NCBI GenBank assembly: GCA_035548375.1
Contig: DASZTG010000080.1
Span: 81,185 to 145,184, forward strand
Source: Burkholderiales bacterium
Lineage (GTDB): Bacteria > Pseudomonadota > Gammaproteobacteria > Burkholderiales > JACQAP01
DNA length: 64,000 bases
Reading direction: 5' to 3'
The notes under the pieces were generated by a model that saw only the letters and a list, made by a program, of their open reading frames with translations, ran no database searches and had not been told where the DNA came from. The translations under genes were made by a program, and so were the position numbers. The first letter of the stretch is position 1; each line of letters opens with the position of its first letter. Positions 49,987 through 58,527 of the stretch are shown here, piece by piece.

Positions 49987-51072
49987 ATGGGGTTCATGAA
50001 CACGGATGCTCAAGCAGGCGCTACGACCTACGCGACGGACGACGATCGGTGGGCAGCGGTCGTGCGCCGCGATCGCGAGGCAGACGGACGATTCTTTTAC
50101 TCGGTCAGGACGACTGGGGTGTACTGCCGGCCGTCCTGCGCGTCGCGGACGGCATTGCGCAAGAACGTTGCTTTCCATGCAACGATCGAAGACGCCGAAC
50201 GCGCGGGTTTCCGCGCCTGCAAGCGCTGCAAGCCCGGCGCGCAGGGACTCGACGAACGGCATGCGGCCGGAGTCGCACGCGCATGCAGGTTGATCGAAGC
50301 TTCAGGCGAACTGCCGACGCTGGACGAACTTGCTCGCGAAGCCGGCATGAGCCGGTTCCACTTTCATCGGATCTTCAAAAGCGTAACGGGCGTAACACCG
50401 AAGGCCTACGCAACCGCGCAGCGCGCAAACCGGGTGCGGGAATCCCTTCCTCGCAGCGGCACGGTGACGGAAGCCATTTACGACGCCGGTTTCAATTCCA
50501 ACGGCCGCTTTTATGCGAAATCCACGGATGTGCTCGGCATGACGCCTTCGACGTTCCGTGACGGCGGCACGGGCGAGACGATCCGCTTTGCGCTCGGCGA
50601 ATGCTCGCTCGGCTCTATCCTCGTCGGCGCGACGGACAAGGGTGTGTGCGCCATAACCTTGGGCGACGATCCGGAAAAGCTGCTGCGCGAACTGCAGGAC
50701 CGCTTTCCCAAGGCGAAGCTGGTGGGCGCGGACAAGGAATTCGAGCGCCTCGTCGCCCGCGTCGTTGGATTCGTCGAATCCCCGTCGCTCGGCCTCGACC
50801 TGCCGCTGGACGTGCGCGGCACGGCGTTCCAGCAACGCGTGTGGCAGGCCCTGCGCGAAATCCCGCCGGGCCGCACCGCAAGTTACGCGCAAGTCGCGGC
50901 CCGCGTCGGAGTACCGAAGGCGGTGCGGGCGGTGGCACAGGCTTGCGCCTCGAACGACATCGCCGTGGCGATCCCCTGCCACCGGGTCGTGCGCAGCGAC
51001 GGCGCGATATCGGGCTATCGCTGGGGTGTGGAGCGCAAGCGTGCGCTGCTCGATCGGGAGATGAAGCCTTGA
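49987..51072 (+). CDS. ada: bifunctional Ada regulator / methylated-DNA-protein-cysteine methyltransferase
   Basis: The internal ATG at 49987. N-terminal Zn-Cys4 (VYCRPSC...FRACKRCKP), an AraC-type HTH (SRFHFHRIFKSVTG), and the C-terminal active site IPCHRVV. Confidence 0.9.
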   Translation: MGFMNTDAQAGATTYATDDDRWAAVVRRDREADGRFFYSVRTTGVYCRPSCASRTALRKNVAFHATIEDAERAGFRACKRCKPGAQGLDERHAAGVARACRLIEASGELPTLDELAREAGMSRFHFHRIFKSVTGVTPKAYATAQRANRVRESLPRSGTVTEAIYDAGFNSNGRFYAKSTDVLGMTPSTFRDGGTGETIRFALGECSLGSILVGATDKGVCAITLGDDPEKLLRELQDRFPKAKLVGADKEFERLVARVVGFVESPSLGLDLPLDVRGTAFQQRVWQALREIPPGRTASYAQVAARVGVPKAVRAVAQACASNDIAVAIPCHRVVRSDGAISGYRWGVERKRALLDREMKP

Positions 51073-51833
51073 GGACGGCGGCCCAGCGGCGCTTGCAACT
51101 GGAAGAGCCGCTCGCGGTCGACGCGGAAACGCGGGAACGCGTGGCCGCGCACGACTGGGATCGCGTCGCCTGCGAGCTCGATGCACAGGGCCACGCGATC
51201 CTGGCGGGCTTGCTCGCTCCGGCATCCTGTGTTTCGCTCGCGGCAGCCTATACGAATGATGCGCTCTTCCGCAGCCGCGTAGTGATGTCCCGCCACGGTT
51301 TCGGGCGCGGGGAGTATCAATATTTTTCCTATCCGTTGCCCGAACCCGCCGCCAGCCTGCGCACCGCGCTGTATCCGCACCTGGTCGCCACCGCGAATCG
51401 CTGGAACGAATCGATGGGCCTGAAGCCGCGCTTTCCGGACGAGCATGAGGAATTCCTGGATCGCTGCCATCGCGCCGGCCAAGTACGCCCGACCCCACTG
51501 CTTCTGCAGTATGGCGCAGGCGACTACAACTGCCTGCACCAGGACCTCTACGGCGAGCATGTTTTTCCGCTGCAGGTCGCCATCCTGCTATCCCGACCCG
51601 ATCTCGATTTCAAAGGCGGCGAGTTCGTGTTGACCGAGCAGCGGCCGCGCATGCAGTCGCGCGTCCAGGTCGTTCCGCTGCGGCAGGGCGATGCCGTGGT
51701 GTTCGCGGTCTACAATCGGCCGGTGCAGGGAACGCGGGGCATTTATCGAGTGAAGATGCGCCACGGCGTAAGCCCGATCCTGTCGGGGCGCAGGCATACG
51801 CTTGGCATCATTTTTCACGACGCGCAGGCGTAG
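51069..51833 (+). CDS. Fe(II)/2OG-dependent oxygenase of the type co-occurring with ada
   Basis: The TTG at 51069 overlaps the ada stop (TTGA). CLHQDLYGE (HxD), RMQSRVQVV...RHGVS. About 254 aa. The start assignment is inferred. Confidence 0.7.
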   Translation: MRTAAQRRLQLEEPLAVDAETRERVAAHDWDRVACELDAQGHAILAGLLAPASCVSLAAAYTNDALFRSRVVMSRHGFGRGEYQYFSYPLPEPAASLRTALYPHLVATANRWNESMGLKPRFPDEHEEFLDRCHRAGQVRPTPLLLQYGAGDYNCLHQDLYGEHVFPLQVAILLSRPDLDFKGGEFVLTEQRPRMQSRVQVVPLRQGDAVVFAVYNRPVQGTRGIYRVKMRHGVSPILSGRRHTLGIIFHDAQA

Positions 51834-51838
51834 CGCGA

Positions 51839-51922
51839 GAAGGGTGAAGGGTGAAGGGTGAAGGGTGAAGGGTGAAGGGTGAAGGGTGAAGGGTGAAGGG
51901 TGAAGGGTGAAGGGTGAAGGGC
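51839..51922. repeat. 12 tandem GAAGGGT heptamers (the last is GAAGGGC)
   Basis: Direct reading: perfect 7-nt period from 51839 to 51922, starting 6 nt after the oxygenase stop and ending about 150 nt upstream of the radical SAM start. No complementary arm occurs nearby. Confidence 0.95.
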
Positions 51923-52074
51923 AGATCAGGCCCGCGACACGCGAGCGAAGTTCGGCAATTTTGTATTTTCTTGTCGTCCATCACGCATTGCCCATCATGC
52001 CCTGCCCCTCGCCAATCGAACCACCCGTCCTGCCCGCGGTCGAACCGCGAACGTCGGCAGAGCGAGAAGGTTCG

Positions 52075-53589
52075 ATGAAAAAGCGCGTCCTGGTCGTCAA
52101 CGTCTTCCTGGACGAATACCGCAGGACCCGAGGCAGTCCCATGCGCGTGCCGCGCGGCTCCGGCCATATCTATCTGGCAGGCGCGTTCAATCCCCACACC
52201 GTGGACGTTCGCGTCTACAGCGAGCAGGTCAACGGCTATCTCCACGACGCGGCCCTGCTCGGCTGGCCGGACATGCTGGTGCTGACCGGCCTGACCAACG
52301 GGCTGGACCGCATGCTGCACCTCACCGCCTACGCGAGGACCCTGAATCCGCGCGTCGTGGTCGTCGCCGGCGGCCCCTGCATTCGCGCGCTGCCGAACAC
52401 CTGCAGGCAGTATTTCGATCGCATCTGCCTGGGCGACATCGAAGAGCTGAGGCAGGTCGCCGAAGAAACATTCGGCGCGGGCGCCGCCGTGGAAGGCGAG
52501 ATGTTTCCGCGCTACGATCTCGCCGAGCCGAGCCAGTTGCTCGGCTACGTCGAATCCAGCCGCAACTGCAATTTCCGCTGCTCGTTCTGTTCCCTCACCG
52601 GGGAAAAGGCAAAGTACGGCAGCTATCACGTCGACTACGTGCGCCGCCAGATCGAAGCCACCGGCAAGAAAGTCATCGTCTTCCTCGACAATAATTTCTA
52701 CGGATCGGGGCGCGAGCATTTCGACGAGCGCATCGACATGCTGGCGGATTTGCGCCGGAAGGGCACGATCAAGGGCTGGTCCGCCATCCTGACCAGCGAT
52801 TTCTTTGCGCGTCCGCAAAACCTGGAACGGGCGAAGCAGGCGGGCTGCCTGTCGCTGTTCTGCGGTGTCGAATCGTTCGATGCCGCCACCCTGCGCAGCT
52901 ATAACAAGAAGCAGAACATGATCACGCCGCAGATCGACATGATTCGCTCCTGCCTCGAAGCGGGAATCATGTTCCATTACGGCGTGATGCTCGATCCGAC
53001 CACGCGGCGCATCCATGACCTGGAAGCCGAGATCGACTTCATCCTCGGTCGTCCGGAGATTCCGATGCCGGCCTTCTTCACCTTGCCGATTCCCCTGCTC
53101 GGCACGCCCTACTTCCGCCAGAGCGTGGAACGCGGCAGCCTGCTGCCCAATTTGCGCTTGCGTGAATTGAACGGCGTCAACATCACGCAGAAGACGCTGG
53201 ACCCGACCGACCGGGCGGTCGCGTTCGCGCGCGATCTCGTGAACCTGCGCGGGAGGCACGGACGCGCGGCACGGCATGCCGCCGGATTCGTACGCCGATA
53301 CGCACGGCGGTTGTCGCCATTGCAGCTTGGCGCGGCGGTGGGCAGCGTTGCGCTGACTTGCCTGCCAAGCGTGGCCTCGTCCCCGCTGAATTTCTCGAAA
53401 CGACGCCAGGCGCAGACGTTTTATGCCCCGACCGAATCGCTCGATGATTTCTACCGGCCCGTCATGCCGGTACGCGCCGAATTGCAGCACTACTTCAGGC
53501 CGACCATGATCACGGATGCGCAAGGCGGCATCGCGGAAGACATCGCCGCGGACTACGCGCAGCAGGAGCTTGCCGTCGCGACGGCGTAG
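52075..53589 (+). CDS. B12-binding-domain radical SAM protein
   Basis: The internal ATG at 52075 follows GAGAAGG. N-terminal MKKRVLVVNVFLDE...VLTGLTN...VVVAGGP (B12-binding-like), then YVESSRNCNFRCSFCS (CxxxCxxC). 504 aa. Confidence 0.8.
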   Translation: MKKRVLVVNVFLDEYRRTRGSPMRVPRGSGHIYLAGAFNPHTVDVRVYSEQVNGYLHDAALLGWPDMLVLTGLTNGLDRMLHLTAYARTLNPRVVVVAGGPCIRALPNTCRQYFDRICLGDIEELRQVAEETFGAGAAVEGEMFPRYDLAEPSQLLGYVESSRNCNFRCSFCSLTGEKAKYGSYHVDYVRRQIEATGKKVIVFLDNNFYGSGREHFDERIDMLADLRRKGTIKGWSAILTSDFFARPQNLERAKQAGCLSLFCGVESFDAATLRSYNKKQNMITPQIDMIRSCLEAGIMFHYGVMLDPTTRRIHDLEAEIDFILGRPEIPMPAFFTLPIPLLGTPYFRQSVERGSLLPNLRLRELNGVNITQKTLDPTDRAVAFARDLVNLRGRHGRAARHAAGFVRRYARRLSPLQLGAAVGSVALTCLPSVASSPLNFSKRRQAQTFYAPTESLDDFYRPVMPVRAELQHYFRPTMITDAQGGIAEDIAADYAQQELAVATA

Positions 53590-53595
53590 ATATCG

Positions 53596-54471
53596 CTATT
53601 CCTGCACGACTTTCCCAGCCTGAAGTTCGAGTTCACGCGACTCCGGCGTCTCGAGACTGATGCGCCCCAAGGCACCACTGCGATAGTCGTCCAGCAGAAT
53701 CCTCGATGCCTTTTCGAGATCGAGGCCGCCGCCTTTCACGATGCATCCGCGACGCCTGGCAACTGCTTCAATGAGGCTAACGCCATCCATTCCATCCGTC
53801 TCGAGCTTGTACCTCGCGACCAGCAGCTTCGGGTAACGCGCCAGCAGGATGTCGCCGAGGAAGGCCGCGACGTCTTCTTCGATGACCGCGTTGGTACCGA
53901 TCGCATGGCTCGCGGCCAGCATGTAGCCGTCAGCGTCGTGTTCGATCTTCGGCCACATCAATCCGGGCGTATCGGTCAAGGTCATGCCGACGCCGATGTC
54001 CAGGCTTTGCTGCACCTTCGTCACGGCGGGCTCATCGCCGACGGCGGCTACGCGCTTCTTGAGCAGCGCGTTCATCAGGGTCGACTTGCCGACGTTGGGT
54101 ATGCCCATGATCATCATGCGCAACGGCTTGGTGTTGTCGCTACGATGCGGCGCGAGTTCGCGGCAGTACCCCGTGACGCGCGCGACGTCCGCCGGCTTCT
54201 TGCTGGATATTGCCACCGCCTTGATGCCCTTCTGCTTCCCATAGAACGCGAGCCAGGCTTTCGTGACGACGGGATCGGCCAGGTCGGCCTTGTTCAGCAG
54301 CTTTAGCGCCGGCCGCTGGCGATGCTCGCGCATCTTTCGGATCATCGGATTGCTGCTGGCCTCCGGCAGGCGCGCATCGACCACTTCGATGACCACGTCG
54401 ACGAATTCCAGGGTCTGCGCCGCCTTCTTGCTGGCAAGGCCCATGTGGCCGGGGAACCATTGGATAGGCAT
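53596..54471 (-). CDS. ylqF: ribosome biogenesis GTPase YlqF/RbgA
   Basis: 291 aa. MPIQWFPGHM, circularly permuted GTPase motifs LLNKADL ... MGIPNVGKSTLMN ... LTDTPG. Confidence 0.9.
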   Translation of the reverse strand: MPIQWFPGHMGLASKKAAQTLEFVDVVIEVVDARLPEASSNPMIRKMREHRQRPALKLLNKADLADPVVTKAWLAFYGKQKGIKAVAISSKKPADVARVTGYCRELAPHRSDNTKPLRMMIMGIPNVGKSTLMNALLKKRVAAVGDEPAVTKVQQSLDIGVGMTLTDTPGLMWPKIEHDADGYMLAASHAIGTNAVIEEDVAAFLGDILLARYPKLLVARYKLETDGMDGVSLIEAVARRRGCIVKGGGLDLEKASRILLDDYRSGALGRISLETPESRELELQAGKVVQE

Positions 54472-54472
54472 C

Positions 54473-54620
54473 GGTGAAGAACGCGAAGAGGGAAGCGTGA
54501 GGCGCGATGAGTGAGGAGTGAGGAGGGCAAGACTTTACAACACGGGCGCAGCATACGGCTTTTGCCTGCCGGAGGGTGAGATTCCCCCCTCACGCCTCTC
54601 GCCTCGCCCCTTTCCCCTCA
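54473..54620. repeat. GTGAGG-unit imperfect inverted-repeat element between ylqF and the AsmA-family gene
   Basis: The left arm GGTGAAGAACGCGAAGAGGGAAGCGTGAGGCGCGATGAGTGAGGAGTGAGGAGGG faces the right arm CCCCCCTCACGCCTCTCGCCTCGCCCCTTTCCCCTCA. Boundaries are approximate. Confidence 0.6.
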
Positions 54621-54627
54621 ATGCAAT

Positions 54628-56466
54628 TCAGGGATTTTTCGCGAGCGTGATCTTCGGTTCCCTGATCGGGCCGTGCACCCGGATGGACGAGTGCAATCTG
54701 AGGATGCCCGGCTTCTTGGGATGGGGCGTGAGCACGACGTCGAAGGTTTCGCTGCCCAGGTCGATCTTGCCCGTGCCCTCGGTGTGGGTCTGCTCGGTAT
54801 CGAGCTCGATCGCCTTCGACGTGCCGTGTCCCTTGTCGAAATCGAAGGCGACCTTCGCGTTGTTCACGGCGATGATCTGGTCGCCGGTAATCAGGAGCCT
54901 GATGGCCTTGCCTGCATTCAGGCCGATCCCGGCGTCCACCAGGTTGGAGATGCCGCCCGCCGTGAGGTCGATTTCCGCCGGCCCAGAGGCGCTCGCCGCG
55001 ATGGCGGCGAGGGAATTGCCGCGGGCCTTCAGGTCCAACTCACCCTGCAGCGGCCCCGAACCCTTGGCCTTGTTCGACAGCCCGGCCAGCAATTGCTCGA
55101 TGCGCACGTCCTTGACATGGAGCTTCGCATGCACCGCGAGAGGCTTCGCGTTGCCGTCGACGGTCAATTGACCTGCGATGTGCCCGCCCGCCACGCCGGC
55201 GTCGACCGGATCGAGCTTCAGCACGCCATCGGAAAGATCCGCCGTCACGCGCAGGCTTTGCAGGGTCGGCCATTTAGCGGTGTGGAATTGCGTGGCCTCG
55301 AGGCTGACGTGCGCATCCAGCTTCTTCATGCGCGCGCCATCGAAAGCGTGGTCGGAAAACAGGCGCTTCGGCGCGCCCTTCCCATCCTGCGCTTCGGTGG
55401 GGGCATCGCCCGGATCCGCCGCCGAAGCTCGCGCCGGTGCGGCGGCTTTTTTTTGCGGACGCCCGATCAGCGGACCGATGTCGTCGAGATCGACATATTT
55501 GCTTTTCAACGCGGCCTTCAGCGTCGGCTTGCTTTTCCCGCGAACCAGCGCGAGTTCGCCGGTGAGATCGCTCTTGCCGATTTTGCCGACAAGTTCCGCG
55601 AACGATGTGTTTTCCGCGGTCTGCGTGACGTGCGCCTTGAAGTCGTACGGCAGCGAGGCCGGCAGCTTCGCGCGCAACAGCGGATGCAGGTCGCCGAGCG
55701 AGGCACCGCTCAGGTGGATCCGCCCGTCGATGGCCGACGGATCGAACAGGTCAGCGATCGTGCCGTCGACCGCGATCCGGCTTTTGCCGGCTTTGGCATT
55801 GCCGCGAATCGGAAACGACCGGCCCGTATCCAGGAAAGTCAGGACCGTCGCCGTGTCGACGTCTCCCTCGAAAGCCGCGCCGCTGAATTCCCCCTTGAAC
55901 TGCACGCGCACCGGATGGTCCGTATCGGACGGGCTGTCTCCCCGAGCGAACGCCGGACTGGCGGTTGCGGTCATGTCCAGCTTCACATCGCGACGCACGA
56001 AGCGAATCGTCGTGTTGCGTGCTTCCAGGCTTTCCACCTTGACCTTGCCCGGCCCGCGATAGTCCGGCGTGCGCAGCCGCCAGTTGCGCAGGCCATCCTC
56101 CTGGCGTTCCATGTCGAGATCGGCGTCGACGAGCGTGAGCTTCGAGACCACGGTTTTCTCGTCCCACAGGCTGCGGATCGACACGGTAAACGCCGCTTCC
56201 TTCGCCACCATGAACGGACGCTTGTCGGCCCAGGGCGCGTTCTCGATGCGGACGTCGCGGATGCGAATCGTCGGCTCGAGCGTAAAGATGTTGTCCACGC
56301 CGAGGTGTCCGATGCGCACTTCGCGGTGGGACTTTTCCGCGAGATAGGATTCCACCGGACCGCGCAGCCAGTTCCAGTCGAACAGCGCGACGACAATGGC
56401 CACCGCCGCGACCAGGCCTAGCAGGACCTTCGCCGCCCGAGGCATTCCATGCTTGTTGGCCGACAT
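54628..56466 (-). CDS. AsmA-family outer-membrane biogenesis protein
   Basis: ORF 54628..56508. The N-terminal TM helix (KVLLGLVAAVAIVVALF) is followed by FDWNWLRGPVESYLAEKSHREVRIGHL, a typical AsmA N-terminus. The start is either 56466 or a later ATG. Confidence 0.75.
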   Translation of the reverse strand: MSANKHGMPRAAKVLLGLVAAVAIVVALFDWNWLRGPVESYLAEKSHREVRIGHLGVDNIFTLEPTIRIRDVRIENAPWADKRPFMVAKEAAFTVSIRSLWDEKTVVSKLTLVDADLDMERQEDGLRNWRLRTPDYRGPGKVKVESLEARNTTIRFVRRDVKLDMTATASPAFARGDSPSDTDHPVRVQFKGEFSGAAFEGDVDTATVLTFLDTGRSFPIRGNAKAGKSRIAVDGTIADLFDPSAIDGRIHLSGASLGDLHPLLRAKLPASLPYDFKAHVTQTAENTSFAELVGKIGKSDLTGELALVRGKSKPTLKAALKSKYVDLDDIGPLIGRPQKKAAAPARASAADPGDAPTEAQDGKGAPKRLFSDHAFDGARMKKLDAHVSLEATQFHTAKWPTLQSLRVTADLSDGVLKLDPVDAGVAGGHIAGQLTVDGNAKPLAVHAKLHVKDVRIEQLLAGLSNKAKGSGPLQGELDLKARGNSLAAIAASASGPAEIDLTAGGISNLVDAGIGLNAGKAIRLLITGDQIIAVNNAKVAFDFDKGHGTSKAIELDTEQTHTEGTGKIDLGSETFDVVLTPHPKKPGILRLHSSIRVHGPIREPKITLAKNP

Positions 56467-56603
56467 GCCCGGTTGGACCGCCGATTCGCCGGGAAGTGCG
56501 AACGGCACACGGATGGCGCCCGGCTGTCCCGCGGCCGCTTCGATGCCGGCAACGGGCTGGCCTTAAGATGGCGGGAGCGGAAAGCCAGGAATTTTCGAAA
56601 ATC

Positions 56604-56630
56604 GGTCACAAGGCTACCTGTGCCCGCGTC
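56604..56630 (+). promoter_or_regulatory. second match to the ECF41-type promoter motif, directly upstream of the sigma factor gene
   Basis: GGTCACA (56604-56610), a 16-nt spacer, then CGTC (56627-56630). The consensus is TGTCACA-N16-CGTC. It ends 10 nt before the ATG at 56641. Confidence 0.4.
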
Positions 56631-56640
56631 TTCTGGGTAA

Positions 56641-57537
56641 ATGACCGCCATATTCGCAATGGACGACCACGCAACTGCTTTCGAGAAACACCGACCCCGG
56701 CTGTTCGGCGTCGCCTATCGCATGCTGGGCACGCGCGCCGACGCCGAAGACGTGCTGCAGGACGCCTGGCTGCGCTGGCATGAAGCCGACCTCGCTGCCA
56801 TCGCCTCGCCGGAGGCCTGGCTGGTAACGATCGTCACGCGCTTGTGCCTCGATCGCCTGCGGGCAACGAAGCAGGACCGGGAACGCTATGTGGGCCCCTG
56901 GCTGCCGGAACCGATCATCGTCGACCAGATGCCTTCGCCCGAACTGCGACTGGAGCTGGCCAATGAAGTGTCGGTCGCCTTCCTCGCCTTGCTCGAGCGC
57001 CTGGGCCCGGAAAAGCGCGCGGCCTTCCTGTTGCATGAAGTATTCGACTACGACTATCCGGAAATCGCGCGGATGCTCGGCAAATCCGAGCCGGCGCTGC
57101 GCCAGATGGTGCATCGCGCGCGCGAGGAAGTCCGCGATGGCCGGCCTAAATTTTCCGTGGCGGAAGAAGTCCGCGGGCGCCTGCTCGAGAAATTCCTCGC
57201 CGCGGCGTCGAGCGGCGACCGCAACGCCGTCATGGCGCTGCTGAGGGAAGACGCCGAATACATCTCGGACGGCGGCGGCAAGGTGTACGCCGCGCTGAGG
57301 GTCCTGCACGGCGCGGAACGCATCGGCAGGCTTTACTACTCGATCTCCCGCAGCTTTCCCGGCCTGACATGGCGCATCATCAAGGTCAACGGCGAGTTGG
57401 GCATGGCCAACATGATGGGCGACAAACTGCACTCCATCATCTCGTTCCAGTTCGACGGCGAGCGCATTGCCGGCATCTACTCCATGCGCAACCCGGACAA
57501 GCTCGCGGGCATTTTGCCAGGGAAGCTCGGCACCTGA
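56641..57537 (+). CDS. ECF sigma factor with a fused C-terminal SnoaL-like domain (ECF41 / SigJ-like)
   Basis: 298 aa. FEKHRPRLFGVAYRMLGTRADAEDVLQDAWLRW (region 2), AAFLLHEVFDYDYPEIARMLGKSEPALRQMVHRAR (region 4), plus an extension of about 110 aa. Confidence 0.85.
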   Translation: MTAIFAMDDHATAFEKHRPRLFGVAYRMLGTRADAEDVLQDAWLRWHEADLAAIASPEAWLVTIVTRLCLDRLRATKQDRERYVGPWLPEPIIVDQMPSPELRLELANEVSVAFLALLERLGPEKRAAFLLHEVFDYDYPEIARMLGKSEPALRQMVHRAREEVRDGRPKFSVAEEVRGRLLEKFLAAASSGDRNAVMALLREDAEYISDGGGKVYAALRVLHGAERIGRLYYSISRSFPGLTWRIIKVNGELGMANMMGDKLHSIISFQFDGERIAGIYSMRNPDKLAGILPGKLGT

Positions 57538-57543
57538 CGCGCC

Positions 57544-57570
57544 TGTCACAACCGCGCCCCTCCATTCGTC
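57544..57570 (+). promoter_or_regulatory. ECF41-type target promoter upstream of the CMD-family gene
   Basis: Exact TGTCACA (57544-57550), a 16-nt spacer, then CGTC (57567-57570), about 50 nt upstream of the CMD ATG. It matches the published ECF41 motif TGTCACA-N16-CGTC. Confidence 0.65.
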
Positions 57571-57618
57571 TTGCAAGTTAACGGCGGCCCTACCGCCAGC
57601 AACCGAAAGGACGAAATC

Positions 57619-58092
57619 ATGGCAACCAAGCAGGCGCGTCTGCCCTATTGGGACCTGTCGCCCGAGGCCGTGAAGGCTTTGCGCAGCCTGAACCAACAAC
57701 TGGATCGCGCCGGCCTCGACCCGGCGATCGTCGACCTCGTGCGCCTGCGCGCCTCGCAGGTCAATGGCTGCGTCTATTGCATAGACATGCACACGCGAGA
57801 GGCGCTCGAGAACGGGGAAACCGAGGAACGCCTCGACGCGCTGGCCGGCTGGCACGATTCACCGATGTTCGACACCAGGGAAAGAGCCGCGCTCGCCTGG
57901 ACCGAATCGCTGACCCGCGTTGCCGAGACGAATGCGCCGGACGAGGATTTCGCGCTGGTATCGGCCCATTTTTCCCCAAAGGAAATTTCCGACCTGACCT
58001 TTGTCATCGCCATCATCAACGCCTGGACCCGCGTCGCGATCGGCTTCAGGCAGCCCGTTGTCAACCCCGTTCGCGCCACAGCAACCAGATAA
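57619..58092 (+). CDS. carboxymuconolactone decarboxylase (AhpD-like) family protein
   Basis: The internal ATG at 57619 follows AAAGGA. ...VRLRASQVNGCVYCIDMHT (CxxC AhpD-like motif). 157 aa. Confidence 0.85.
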   Translation: MATKQARLPYWDLSPEAVKALRSLNQQLDRAGLDPAIVDLVRLRASQVNGCVYCIDMHTREALENGETEERLDALAGWHDSPMFDTRERAALAWTESLTRVAETNAPDEDFALVSAHFSPKEISDLTFVIAIINAWTRVAIGFRQPVVNPVRATATR

Positions 58093-58109
58093 CATCAACA
58101 GGAGAAAAC

Positions 58110-58523
58110 ATGATTCGCATCGCACTAACCGCCGTCGCGTTTGCGGCCTTCGTCGCCGGCCCGGCCTTCGCCGATGAGCACAAGCATGACGACGGCCAGA
58201 AGATCACGCCCAAGCTCGTGCAGGACCTGGCCGACATTCCCGGCAAGGAAGCGATGGTGCTCACCGTCGAGGTGGCACCCGGCTATGTCTCGAAGGCACA
58301 CCGCCACGAGGCGCATACCTTCGTCTACATGCTGGAAGGCGAAGTCGACATGCAGGTCGCCGGCGGGCCGCTGGCGCACCTCAAGCCGGGAGACACTTTC
58401 TATGAAAACCCCAAGGACGTGCACACGGTCGCGACCAACACCAGCAAGACCAGCCCGGCGAAGTTCCTGGTGGTGTTCGTAAAGAACAAAGGCGCGCCGC
58501 CGGTGTTGCCAGCGGCGCAATAG
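58110..58523 (+). CDS. secreted cupin-domain protein
   Basis: ATG 58110 follows GGAGAA. Signal peptide MIRIALTAVAFAAFVAGPAFA. ...KAHRHEAHTFVYMLEGEV...PGDTFYENPKDVH. Confidence 0.7.
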   Translation: MIRIALTAVAFAAFVAGPAFADEHKHDDGQKITPKLVQDLADIPGKEAMVLTVEVAPGYVSKAHRHEAHTFVYMLEGEVDMQVAGGPLAHLKPGDTFYENPKDVHTVATNTSKTSPAKFLVVFVKNKGAPPVLPAAQ

Positions 58524-58527
58524 CGCC

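Noticed and set aside
51839-51922. Telomere-like repeat (GGGTGAA)n
   Set aside because: It is internal to the window, flanked on both sides by ordinary bacterial genes, and belongs to the same family as the other intergenic GTGA-unit elements. There is no evidence of a replicon end.
51808-53523. 571-aa minus-strand ORF ending in FTLHPSPFTLHPSPFTLHPSP repeats
   Set aside because: The repeat is simply the translation of the 7-nt tandem array. The 21-nt super-period gives a 7-aa repeat. The rest is antisense to the radical SAM gene, which has clear motifs.
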